Origin: Felis catus
Lineage: Eukaryota
Assembly: GCF_018350175.1 (NCBI RefSeq)
Contig: NC_058368.1
Coordinates: 88,352,001-88,416,000 of the forward strand
Length of the DNA: 64,000 nt
Direction of reading: 5' to 3'
Part shown: piece by piece, positions 14,167-26,279 of the stretch
Layout of the letters: each line of letters starts with the position of its first letter
Numbering within the stretch: the first letter of the stretch is position 1
The notes under the pieces: generated by a model
Seen by the model: only the letters and a program-made list of their open reading frames with translations
What the model was told of the DNA's origin: nothing
Database searches by the model: none
Translations under genes and position numbers: made by a program

Positions 14167-14291
14167 CTGTCTCAGTTCCTGGGCGTCCCCCTCGGAAATG
14201 AACGGCTGGGTCGTCTGCAGCTGGAGTGGTTGGCCGTCCTGGCTGCCTGGGCAGGGCTCATGGTGCACGGCCCGGTCCATCAGCCCAGACG
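14167..14291 (-). CDS. SNAP47: SNAP47 coding exon 3 (125 nt)
   Basis: Translates (A)SGLMDRAVHHEPCPGSQDGQPLQLQTTQPFISEGDAQELRQ. Acceptor ctttcctttccag|CG, donor CAG|GTAATG; phases 1 and 0. Confidence 0.92.
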
Positions 14292-15643
14292 CTGGAAAGG
14301 AAAGTCAAACAGCCGTGACATCTTCCTGGAGGTGCGAATGACCCAAGAACATTCAGAACTTTACACGGACTGATGTTGAGGGCTCGAGGGCCGTCAGGGC
14401 TCTCTCACACACGCACTGGTCCACAGCCTCTGTGCCTGCTGGGGAGGTGGGTGTGGCAGGGCCCTGTCCCTGAGCTCTGCTATGCTGGGCTGGGTGGGGG
14501 CTGCCCGAGCCTCACTCCCACCCCAGGTCCACGCTGCTCCCTTAGCCTTGCTCTGACTGGAGAGTCAAGGTCTGGTTCTGTGGCTAACATCTGAAGAAAG
14601 GCCCACGAGTGGTCGTTATCCTTCTCTGGGGGAAAAGACCATACGTTTGGAGTATCAGATGTACCATGTGCTGACCCCTGGTGAAACGCCCAGGAAATCC
14701 CCTGCTGGAAACTGCAGCACCGAGTCTTACCCCACACAATGCTGTGGTTCTCCAGAGCACAGGAAATGGCCAGCAGCTTGGGCCAAGCAAAGCTGAGTGT
14801 GCAGCCGCGCCGAGCTGGGGGTGAGTCAGAGCGCTACATGTGGCCCGGCACTGCTCAGGGGTGTCTCCCGTCCCCCCAACACCTGTGCCCGGTGAACTCC
14901 TGAGGAGCGGAAGGGCAGACAGGCCCTCCTGTGGGGTGCAACCAACCTCCATCTGCAGCCCTGGGGCATCGGTTAGGGTCTGTGGTCTGCCCTTCTCCAT
15001 CATGCAAAGCATCCAGGTACGTGGCATAGCCACATTTATATTAGGGAGCTGCAGAGCAGAAAGTGCACAGGACGAGAGTCAGCTGTTTGGATGCCAGCAT
15101 CTCTGGCTTCTGTGGGACAGGAGGCGCAGAAGGGCCACCCCAGAGGTGGTGAGCAGTCAGCATAGCAGCCGGATGAACGCACAGTCAGGAAAGGAAGAAG
15201 GATGCTGGTCTGGGGCGAGCTCCACACATACACAGACTCCCCTGCTACTTGAGTTTCTCCACATAACTCTTACACAGTCATCCTCCCTGAGGAGCAAAGG
15301 AAGCACGGCCTCGTCCAGGACAAGTGCAGGCTGGGTGAGGACAAGACACAGGTTTCTCAGGGTCCTGCAGAGGAAAGGGGCCCAGGCCACACAGAGAGCA
15401 CTCAGGAATGCATGGGCAGAGCGGGGGCTGCGTGGAGGCAAGACCCTGGGTCTTGGCTGGCCTCTGCTGGAGGAGGCCCTGTGCAGGTGTGTGCATACCG
15501 TGTGTGTGTCCCATGAGTAGTGGGTCCATGGAGAACACCACACCCTCATCCAGGGGGTCCAAATGTCCTCCCAGACAAAACCATGCACACACATCAGGTT
15601 TTCTACTCCATTCTTTAAAAAAAAAAAAAGAAAAAAAAAAGCC

Positions 15644-15768
15644 GGGGCACCTGGGTGGCTCAGTCAGTTGAACATCCAACTCTTGATTTCAGTTCAAGTC
15701 ATGATCTTGTGGTTTGTGAGTTTGAGCACCATGTCAGGCTCTGCGCTGACAGTGTAGAGCCTACCTGG

Positions 15769-15814
<46 letters not shown>

Positions 15815-15841
15815 AGAAATAAACATTTTTAATAAAATAAA
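15644..15841 (+). mobile_element. Can-SINE (SINEC)
   Basis: ggggcacctgggtggctcagtc head, (CT)n tract, AATAAA-containing tail. Confidence 0.92.
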
Positions 15842-18776
15842 TGCTGACTGCAACCAATGAAATTGCTTTCACAACCTGTGTTCTAAAATCTCCAAAGCCC
15901 CATCCTCCTCCAACTTCCTCAGGGCTTTTAATTAGCAAGGAACTTTCCATAGGCCGCAATTCAGTGCTGTTTGGCCTTAACGTGATCAAAGATGTCACCA
16001 CCTACAATGTTACATAACGAAAAGCACTTTTCTGAAGTGGGCCACAGAAAAGCAGCATCGGAGCCCGGCTGGAAGAATGGAGGCCAAAACAGAAAACCTG
16101 GTCTACAGCTGTTATTGGACTAAAAGAAAGCCAGCTGACACACGTGATGTCACAGAGTTATCAGTGAGAACACAGTGAGTGCAGTTCTATGGCAAATTTC
16201 TTCCTCGGTGTCCACTCCCCGGTCCCCTGGGGCTCCCGTCCCACATCACACCGACGTGTCCCCCCCCCCGGCCACACCAGCAGCAACCACCTTTCCTCGT
16301 CACCTGTGCCAGCATCACTCCACCTGCACACCGGCAGTCCCATGCCGCCCCTGCACTCTCCAGCTGGGCCTCTCCAGCCGGCGTGTCCAAGACTGCAGCC
16401 CACGGGGCCCAACACTGTGTGCCTCCACCGCTGCTCACACACCTGCAGCTGTATTCTAGAGGGCTTGCTGACCTCTTCTGAATGTGTAACAAAAGGGGTT
16501 TTTACTTAACCAGAAAGCCGAAACAGAAATTTTCTTCCTGGAATATACTAAGTCAGGGCTATTTTTCATGAAGAGCTATGGGGTCAGCAGATCCACACAG
16601 AGCTTAGCACCCCCGTGCTCTGTACTGAGACCTGAGTCACTGACTCAGTGACTTCAATGCTCTGAAATATCTCCGAAGAAAAATCAATTTCAGTACAAAA
16701 TAGTTTCTGTCTCTGAAGTCATTAATTATCTCAGTTAAACAGAATCAGCACAAATCGTTCAAGGTACAAGGGAATGTACGGATGATTTCACTTTCTAGGA
16801 ACGACGACTGGGCTGGGAGGGGCAACTGTGGACGCACACCTGGCCTCACTGTGTGCCCAGAGCAAGGCCCAGCAGCTGCACCTGGGAGCAGAGCAGAGCC
16901 TCCAGAGGTCATTCTCCTTGTCCCTGGGACCCCAACACCTCAACGATGGCTGAGGGATGGGCCCAGAGAACATCAGAGGATGCTCCCACCCCTGCTTATG
17001 CAGGAAGCACAGGACAGAGAGTGGAAACGAGGGAAACAGCAGTCTCCACTAACTACACCCACAACACCGTACTCTGCAAACGTGAAAAACTATAGAGCAC
17101 ACAGCTCGGACCCATGGGTCCTTGGAGGGGATCAAGTGGGTCAGAGCCACACAGCTTCCAGGGGGTCCACTGGGATCAGGGAGTACCTGTGTCCTAGTGA
17201 CCACACAGGGAGGGTATATGTGGTAGCATGGTTCCTGTGGCCTAGAGACCACACAGGTGAGGGTCTGTCTGTGGTCACTGTGGTCCTGCGCCCTGGGATC
17301 AGGATTCTACCACCTGGAGCCAGAGTCTTAAATGAGTGATCCTGCACAGGGACATTACTGTCACACAGATGTGTGTACTGTTAGACACCCGGGCCCGTCC
17401 TGGGTGCTGGAGATGCGGTCATTAAGGTCTGGTCCGGAGCACATGTCCCAGTGTGGAAGCAGGACAGCCAAGGGGGCACTGAGGGCAGGCGCTGGGTAAG
17501 ATCTCCATTTGGTGAGTGAGCAGGTGACCAGGGCCTCTTAAATAGGCAGTCAGAGAAGGTGACCAGTTGGCAAAGATGAAAGTAAGTACCCAAAACTCTG
17601 TAAAACACTATGCATGGGCCTTGCTCTTAAGTCCTCCTGAAACCTGTCAGCCCAAGATCATGAGACAACATAAGACAACGTGCCAACCTCCACACAGACA
17701 CATCCCATGGGACACCACACGCGGTTGGGGACAGCAGGTGTGAGGGAATGTGGACAAAACGCGGACTTGGGAGAGCGACAGTGTGTGAGCATCGCTTCGT
17801 CAGGCGAATCGGTGTCTGAGACACGGGGACTCTGTACCCTCCTCGCAGCTTGTCCCCAAGCTGGAAGCTAGGCAAACACAGCAGTTTTTCCACTGCTTTC
17901 CCCCAAGGTGGATGCTGCCCACCTGTGTCGTCCGGGCTCCCGAAGCCCCTGGAGACACCTTGGGCCAGCCGGGCCGCTGGCTGGGCCGCCTACACTGCAC
18001 AGGATTGCAGAGATCTCCGGGAAGTTCCTCTGGGTCCCGTGACTACACTGCCACCTTCTGGCCACAGGCTCTATCACAACAGCAGCTGGAGATATCCAGC
18101 CATGGTCTCCACCTCAGGTGCTGCAGCCAACAGCAGAGACACACAGCAAGTCAGACACCACTCTGCTCACAACCGGGGCCTGTAGCTCCTTCCTCAGCTC
18201 CCTCCTCACCACCTGCAGAAGCTCACAGGCAGGCAGGGTGGCCTCCCCAAGGGAGGACTCCATGTCTTGATCTGCACAGGCTGATGTTAGCCCTAAGGTG
18301 AAAACTCATGTGTCATCCTGATATGGCTCCACTCACTCCACGAACACAGGCCCCATCACTCAATCCAACCCGAATCTGGACCTTGCTTGGGAGGTGTGTG
18401 CGGACATGGCTGACGGTAGGTGACTGTGGCTTCCCTGAGGAGGAAGACGTCTGGCCCGTGGTCAGCAGCCCTGGCTGGTGCCCTTCCTGATCCAAACCCT
18501 GGCCGCAGGGCTCTGGCCCCTGAGCCATGTCCTGTCTCTGAAGACGCCAGCTCTAACAGAAAGCCCATGAACCACGAATGTGGTGGAGCCCCACGAGGAC
18601 AAGGGCTGTGGGTGCCCAGCACCATGTCCTTGGTCTCCCCTCACTGCCCAGGCCCCTTGGGTCAGGGTCTTATGCTGGCTCGTACTGCTCACCCTCCTTG
18701 GCCCTGTCATGGGCTTCTAAGTCTGGCCTTGAGAGAGGGGCCAAAGAAAAATCTGGGAGCGCCAAGAAAATACATT

Positions 18777-18984
18777 TTTTAAAAATGTTTTATTGTTATT
18801 TGAGAGAGAAAGAGTGCACACATGCGAGAAAGGGAGGAGCAGAGAGAGAGGGAGACACAGAATCTGAAATAGGTTCCAGGCTCTGTCAGCAGCAAGCCTG
18901 ACATGGGACTCGAACCCATGAGCCACAAGATCACGGCTTGAGCTGAAGTTGGATGCTCAACCAACCGAGCCACCTAGGTGCACC
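18777..18984 (-). mobile_element. Can-SINE (SINEC_Fc-like)
   Basis: Reverse-complement head, (GA)n tract and T-rich tail; aaaatac flanks both sides. Confidence 0.92.
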
Positions 18985-19651
18985 AAAAAAATACGTTTTT
19001 TAAATTAAGTTTTTACGTTAACATCCCCAATGTCTTGGTATTTATGGGTATTTATGGGACCAGGTCTATTTTTAAGCACATTTCTTCTTGAAACTTCCAT
19101 TTAGAATAACATCACAATATTCATGTGTTAGGGAAATTGGTTATACATTAGCACTGAAATCAATCACTTCAGAGAAAAAAAAAACCAGGACAGTAAAAAC
19201 ATGTCTCTTACTTTAACAGACACCTGGCAATCAAAGTTAATAAGGAAGGACTACTGGCCTGTCAGAAAAATTGCTATATTATAGAAGTAAGATCACATAT
19301 AACACCAGTATTAGAAAATACGATACTTTATGACTCTGGGATTTCTTAAGCTGGACTCAAAAACAAACTGAAGGGGAAACATGGTGGATGTGACCACAGC
19401 AACATTAAACATTTCTGTGGTGGAAAATGACCATCTGGGAGAGGTACTGGTAGCCCCTGAAGTCAACAAGGGATACATATCTACAACAAATAAGGTGCTA
19501 CTACAGATCAAATGAAGAAACAGCACGGGAGAAAAACAAACGGGATAGGCAGTCCACAGAGACAAACCTGTGAGGCCACAAAACAAATAAAAGATGTGAG
19601 ACACGCCTTCTCACAATCATTCACAGAGACAAAAATACAGACTAAAGACAT

Positions 19652-19844
19652 GGGGCACCTGGGTGTCTTAGTCGGTTAAGCATCCAACTTCAGCTAGGGT
19701 CATGATCTCACGATTTGTGAGTTCAAGCCCTGCGTCTGGCTCTGTGCTGACAGCTCAGAGTCTGGAGCCTGCTTCTGATTCTGTGTCTCCCTCTCTCTGC
19801 CCCGCCCCTGCTCACGCTCTGTCTCTCAAAAATAAATAAATGTA
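19652..19844 (+). mobile_element. Can-SINE whose tail is split by an L1 (tail resumes 24379-24403)
   Basis: SINE head at 19652; TSD agactaaagac at 19639-19649 and 24404-24414. Confidence 0.92.
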
Positions 19845-21373
19845 TCCCACTCGATCATGGTGAATAATTCTTTTTATATGCTGTTGAATTCAATTTGCTA
19901 GTATCTTGTTGAGAATTTTTACATCCATATTCATCAGGGATATTGGCCTGTAGTTCTTTTTTTGCTGGGTCTCTGGTTTGGAAATCAAAGTAATGCTGGC
20001 TTCATAGAATGAGTCTGGAAGTTTTCCTTCCTTTTCTATTTTTTTGAACAGCTTGAGAAGGATAGGTATTATCTCTGCTTTAAAAGTCTGGTAGAATTCC
20101 CCAGGGAAACCATCTGGTCCTGGATTCTTATTTGTTGGAAGATTTTTGATAACTGATTCAATTTCTTCGCTGGTTATGGGTCTGTTCAAGTTTTCTATTC
20201 CTTCCTGTTTGAGTTTTGGAAGTGTGTGGGTGATTAGGAATTTGTCTATTTCTTCCAGGTTGTCCAGTATGTTGGCATATAATTTTCATAGTATTCCCCG
20301 ATAATTGCTTGTATTTCTGAGGGATTGGTTAATAATTCCATTTTCATTCATGATTTTATCCAATTTTTTTAACGTTTATTTATTTTTGAGACAGAGAGAG
20401 ACACAGCATGAAGAGGGGAGGGGCAGAGAGAGAGGGAGACACAAAATCTGAAACAGGCTCCAGGCTCTGAGCTGTCAGCACAGGTCCCGACACAGGGCTC
20501 GAACTCACGGACTGTGAGATCGTGACCTGAGCCAAAGTCAGCCACTTAACCGACTGAGCCACCCAGGCTCCCCCATGATTTTATCTGTTTGGGTCCTCTC
20601 CCTTTTCTTTTTGAGAAGCCTGGCTAGAGGTTTATCAATTTTGTTTATTTTTTCAAAAAAAAACAACTCTTGGTTTCATTGATCTGCTCTACAGTTTTTT
20701 TTAGATTCTATGTTGTTTATTTCTGCTCTGATCTTTATTATTTCTCTTCTTCTTCTGGGTTTGGGGTGTATTTGCTGCTCTGCTTCTATTTCCTTTAGGT
20801 GTGCTGTTAGATTTTGTATTTGGGATTTTTCTTCTTTCTTGAGATAGGCCTGCATTGCAATGTATTTTCCTCTCAAGACTGCCTTCACTGTTTCCCAAAG
20901 CGTTTGGATTGTTGTATGTTCATTTTCATTTGTTTCCATATGTTTTTAAATTTCTTCTCTAATTGCCTGGTTGACCCATTCATTCTTTAGTAGGGCGTTT
21001 TTAACCTCCATGCTTTTGGAGGTTTTCCAGACTTTTTCCTGTGGTTGATTCCAAGTTTCATAGCATTGCGGTCTGAAAGTGTGCATGGTGTGATCTCAAT
21101 TCTTTTATACTTATGAAGGGCTGTTCTGTGACCCAGTATGTGATCTATCTTGCAGAATGTTCAATGTGCACTTGAGAAGAAAGTATACTCTGTTGCTTTG
21201 GGATGCAGAGTTCTAAATATATCTGTGAAGTTCATCTGATCCAATGTATCAATCAGGGCCCTTGTTTCTTTATTGATCCTGTGTCTAGATGATTTATCCA
21301 TTGCTGTAAGTGGGGTATTAAAGTCCCCTGCAATTACCACATTCTCAATAAGGTTGCTTATGTTTGTGATTAA
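19845..21373 (-). mobile_element. LINE-1 ORF2, inverted 5' segment of a twin-primed insertion
   Basis: Endonuclease and pre-RT peptides on the minus strand: [43 protein letters not shown]. Confidence 0.93.
20361..20573 (-). mobile_element. Can-SINE inserted in L1
   Basis: TSD catgattttatc at 20349-20360 and 20574-20585. Confidence 0.93.
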
Positions 21374-23158
21374 TGGGCTGCAGGGCTGGTTCAACATTTG
21401 CAAATCAATCAATGTGATACATCACATTAATAAAAGAAAAGAACCATATGATCCTGTCAATTGATGCAGAAAAAGCATTTGACAAAATTCAGCATCCTTT
21501 CTTAATAAAAACGCTCGAGAAAGTTAGGATAGAAGGAATATATTTAAATATCATAAAAGCCATTTATGAAAAGCCCACAGCTAATATCATCCTTAATGGG
21601 AAAAACCGAGAGCTTTCCCCCTGAGATCAGGAACACAACAGGGATGTCCACTGTCACCGCTGTTGTTTAACATAGTGTTGGAAGTCCTAGCATCAGCAAT
21701 CAGACAACAAAATGAAATCAAAGGCATCAAAATTGGCAAAGATGAAGTTAAGCTTTCACTTTTTGCAGATGACATGATATTGTACATGGAAAACCCAACA
21801 GACTCCACCAAAAGGCTGCTAGAACTGATAACATGAATTCAGCAAAGTCGCAGGATACAAAAGTAACGTACAGAAATCAGTTGCATTCTTATCCACTAAT
21901 AATGAAGCAACAGAAAGACAAATAAAGAAACTAATCCCATTCACAATTGCACCAAGAATCACAAAATACCTAGGAATAAACCCTAACCAAAGATGTTAAA
22001 AGATGTGTATGCTGAAACTATAGAAAGCTTATGAAGGAAATTGAAGAAGATACAAAGAAATGGAAAAACCTTCCATGCTCATGGATTTGAAGAATAAATA
22101 TTGTTAAAATGGCAACACTACCAAAGCAATCTACACATTCAATGCAATCCCAATCAAAATTGCACCAGCATTCTTCTAGAAGCTAGAACAAGCAATCCTA
22201 AAATTTGTATGGGACCACAAAAGATCCCGAATAGCTAAAGTAATACTGAAGAAGAAGACCAAAGCAGGAGGCATCACAATCCCAGACTTCAGCCTCTACT
22301 ACAAAGCTGTCATCATCAAGACAGCATGGTATTGGTACAAAAACAGACACATAACCAATGGAATAGAATAGAGACTCCAGAATTGGACCCACAAAAGGAT
22401 GGCCAACTATTCTTTGGCAAAGCAGGAAAGAATATCCAATGGAAAAAAGACAGTCTCTTTAAGAAACGGTGCTAGGAGAACTGGACAGCAACGTGCAGAA
22501 GGATGACACTAGACCACTTTCTTACACCATTCACAAAAATAAACTCCACATGGATGAAGGACTGGAATGTGAGACAGGAAACCATCAAAACGCTAGAGGA
22601 GAAAGCAGGAAAAAACCTGACTTCAGCCGCAGCAATTTCTTACTTGACACATCTCCAAAGGCAATGGAATTAAAAGCAAAAATGAACTATTGGGACCACA
22701 TCCAGATAGATAGCTTCTGCACTGCAAAGGAAACAGTCAACAAAATTAAAAGGCAACCTACGGAATGGGAAAATATAGTTGCAAGTCACATATCAGACAA
22801 AGGGCTAGTATCCAAAATCTATAAAGAGCTCACCAAACTCCACACCTGTAAAACAAATAATCCAGTGAAGAAATGGGCAGAAGACATGAATAGACACTTT
22901 TCCAAAAAAGACATCAAGATGACCAACAGACACATGAAAAAATGCTCAATGTCACTTCTCATCAGGGAAATACAAATCAAAACCACACTGAGATACCACC
23001 TCACGCCAGTCAGAGTGGCTAAAATGAACAAATCAGGAGACTATAGATGCTGGAGGGGATGTGGAGAAATGTGAACCCTCTTGCACTGTTGGTGGGAATG
23101 CAAATTGGTGCAGCCACTCTGGAAAACAGTATGGAGGTTCCTCAAAAAATTAAAAATA

Positions 23159-23789
23159 CTGATGAATAATGGATAAAGATATTGTGGTTTATATACATAA
23201 TGGAGTACTACGTGGCAATGAGAAAGAATGAAATATGGCCCTTTGTAGCAACATGGATGGAACTGGAGAGTGTTATGCTAAGTAAAATAAGCCATACAGA
23301 GAAAGACAGATACCATATGGTTTCACTCTTATGTGGATCCTGAGAAACTTAACAGAAACCCATGGGGGAGGGGAAGAAAAAAAATAAAAAGAGGTTAGAG
23401 TGGAAGAGAGCCAAAGCATAAGAGACTCTTAAAAACTGAGAACAGGGGCGCCTGGGTGGCGCAGTCGGTTAAGCGTCCGACTTCAGCCAGGTCACGATCT
23501 CGCGGTCTGTGAGTTCGAGCCCCGCGTCAGGCTCTGGGCTGATGGCTCAGAGCCTGGAGCCTGCTTCCGATTCTGTGTCTCCCTCTCTCTCTGCCCCTCC
23601 CCCGTTCATGCTCTCTCTCTCTCTGTCCCAAAAATAAATAAAAGTTGAAAAAACTGAGAACAAACTGAGGGTTGATGGGGGGTGGGAGGGAGGGGAGGGT
23701 GGGTGATGAGTATTGAGGAGGGCACCTTTTGGGATGGGCACTGGGTGTTGTATGGAAACCAATTTGACAATAAACTTCATATATTGAAA
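23159..23789 (+). mobile_element. Short 5'-truncated L1 3' end nested in the larger L1
   Basis: A second copy of the L1 3' UTR with its own polyA; TSD aaaaaattaaaaata at 23144-23158 and 23790-23804. Confidence 0.88.
23445..23648 (+). mobile_element. Young CpG-rich SINEC_Fc inside the nested L1
   Basis: Head ggggcgcctgggtggcgcagtcggttaagcgtccgac; TSD aaaaactgagaaca at 23431-23444 and 23649-23662. Confidence 0.94.
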
Positions 23790-24986
23790 AAAAAATTAAA
23801 AATAGATCTACCCAATGATCCAGCAATAGCACTGCTAGGAATTTACCCAAGGCATACAGGAGTGCTGAGGCAGAGGGGCACTGGTACCCCAATGTTTATA
23901 GCAGCATTTTCAACAGCCAAATTATGGAAAGAGCCTAAATGCCCATCAACTGATGAATGCATAAAGAAATTGTGGTATATACACAATGGAATACTACTTG
24001 GCAATGAGAAAGAATGAAATACGGCCTTTTGTAGCAATGTGAATGGAACTGAAGAGTGTTATGCTAAGTGAAATAAGTCATAGAGAAAAAGACTGATACC
24101 ATATGTTTTCACTCTTATGTGGATCCTGAGAAACTTAACAGAAGACCATGGGGAAGGGAAAGGAAAAAAAAAAGTTAGTGAGGGAGGGAGCCAAACCATA
24201 AGAGACTCTTAAAAACTGAGAATAAACTGAGGGTTGATGGGAGTGGGAGGGTGGGGAAAGTGGGTGATGGGCATTGAGGAGCGCACCTGTTGGGATGAGC
24301 ACTGGGTGTTGTATAGAAACCAATTTGACAATAAATTTCATATTGAAAAAAAAAAGAGAAAGAAAATAAATAAATGTAAAAAAAAATTTTAAAAAGAAAA
24401 AAAAGACTAAAGACGTGACCAAGATGTTACCTGACACCCATCAGGAAGGCGAGCCTGAGGAGTCAGGTGGTCCCAGGCTGTCCAAAGGCATACGTCCAGC
24501 CCCACGCTCTCCATGGAGACACACGGAAGGACTCCATGGGCCCTCGCCAAGGCCTACAAACCCACAAAACGTATCTGCACGGTTGTCCAGGATTCTGATT
24601 CCCAGATACATTCCTGGAATGGGCCCAGGTCGGGAGTGCAGAGCCGGCATGTTAGTGTCAATTAAGTCCCACAGAGGAAAGAGGTGAAAACACCTACCCT
24701 GGAGCCCTCCTCTGTTCTGGATAGAAAGCAGACTCCGGAGAAACCTGCCTGGCTCCCATTTGAGTGTGTGGTACACCTGAGTCTGGGACTTGCCCACTTC
24801 GAGGTGGTAGGAACTAAGGAAAGAGGCCCGAAGTTGTTCTCACCTGCTAACAAATGCACAGTTGCTGGTGCCTGGAAACCAGCAGCTGCTCCAAGCAATG
24901 CCTCAAATGACGGACGTGCCACAGGCATGCTGCATTTGACCATGATTCTGGAGACTTGTGCAGGGCCTGTACCAGCGGTCACTCAC

Positions 24987-25477
24987 CTGTGTGCCACATG
25001 GAGCAGCCCTTCTCTGCTGGGGAGGAGGTTTTGGTGCTGCTGGGTGTCAGGGCGTCTCCTAACACCTCCATCTTTTTGCTGAACTGCACCTCCAAAACGG
25101 GGATGGCCTCTGGCATCCTGGCAGATATCAAGTGATAGGCTATGTCAGGCTTCCCAATGAACCGCTGGCGGATGCTGATCTCATAGGGCGTGTGAACCTT
25201 AATGTCATCCACGTCTTCTCTTTCGAACCTGTGCATGAGCGCAGAACTCGAATCATGGATTTCCAGTCCAGACACTAGGACAGTGAGACTCCCTGGTTTG
25301 ACATGGGATGCTGTTCTCTGGGAGACAACAGCAGGAATTCTGACCACTACCCCTTCCTTCCCAAGAGCTTTGGGACTAGCCGTTGAAGCGTCTCCCTTAA
25401 GCTTTGTTTCTGATGGCATCTTCCAAAGCTTGGAGCTAAAGGGCCACCAGGAAGGGGACTCCAGCTCTGTCAGCAAC
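24987..25477 (-). CDS. SNAP47: SNAP47 coding exon 2 (491 nt)
   Basis: Translates LLTELESPSWWPFSSKLWK...DDIKVHTPYEISIRQRFIGKPD...KGCSMWHT. Acceptor tcttttag|G, donor G|GTGAGT; phases 2 and 1 match the neighbouring exons. Confidence 0.95.
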
Positions 25478-25726
25478 CTAAAAGACCAAACAAAACACAG
25501 AACAGTCAACGGGGTTTCAGTGCGTTTTCTTGAAGACTGCTTTAGCCTTCATACAGCACTTAGCCATTTTACAGGGCTACATTTTACCCAAGCACTCCAT
25601 GAAGCAGAAGAGCAGGAATTACTACCCCATGTTTTAGAAAAGAAAACCGAGGCCAAGAGCATATCTCTTCTGTCTACAGACACAAAGCTATCAGTAATAA
25701 GCCCACAATAGAAACACATGTCTTCT

Positions 25727-25961
25727 GGGGTGCCTGGGTGGCTCAGTCAGCTAAGTGTCTGACTCCTGATTTTGGTTCAGATCATGATCTCGCAGTTTGT
25801 GAGTTTGAGCCCCAGTCAAGCTCAGTGCTGACGGTGCAGAGCCTGCTTGGGATTCTCTCTCTCCCTCTCTCTGATTCACCCCTGCTGGCACTCTCTGTCT
25901 CTCTCTACAAATAAATAAATACACTTAAAAACAATTTTTTAAAATAAAAATAAAAAGGAAA
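25727..25961 (+). mobile_element. Can-SINE
   Basis: TSD agaaacacatgtcttct at 25710-25726 and 25962-25978. Confidence 0.94.
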
Positions 25962-26061
25962 AGAAACACATGTCTTCTGAAAAATGTTGCTCTTTTCAGG
26001 TTTGACTCTGGGTGATTCTGACTCCAAATAAATCCTGATCTGAATCTGTAGAGAGCCATCG

Positions 26062-26207
26062 GATGGAAATTTCTGCAGTAATCTGTCTGTCCAATATGGT
26101 AATAGGCACATGTGGTTACTGGGCATCTACAGTGTGGCTCCTAATGCAGGACTGAATTTTAAACTTAATTACATGTGGCTAGTGCCTACCATATCAGACG
26201 GTACAGC
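26062..26207 (+). mobile_element. MER3-like hAT-Charlie DNA transposon remnant
   Basis: Motifs ctgtccaatatggta...cacatgtggttactg...actgaatttt...acatgtggctagtgcctaccatat resemble the recalled MER3 consensus. Confidence 0.65.
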
Positions 26208-26279
26208 TGTAAAATAACCACTAATAACACCACGAGATCTATCTTGTGATGAAAAAAAAAAAAATAGAAGCAGGAAAGG

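Larger units (their letters stand above)
21374..24362 (+). mobile_element. LINE-1 ORF2 RT / C-terminus and 3' UTR, non-inverted segment (frameshifted, dead)
   Basis: GLQGWFNI, tttgcagatgacatg (FADDM) and [18 protein letters not shown]; 3' UTR with AATAAA and A tail; TSD aaaataaataaatgta at 19829-19844 and 24363-24378. Confidence 0.93.

Noticed and set aside
12236..14373. Many long His/Thr- and Cys/Val-rich ORFs
   Set aside because: Translations of the degenerate (CA)n tract; only 14167-14291 (minus) is a real exon.
21374..24362. Potentially active LINE-1
   Set aside because: 5'-truncated and inverted, lacks promoter and ORF1, and ORF2 is broken by frameshifts, stops and nested insertions.
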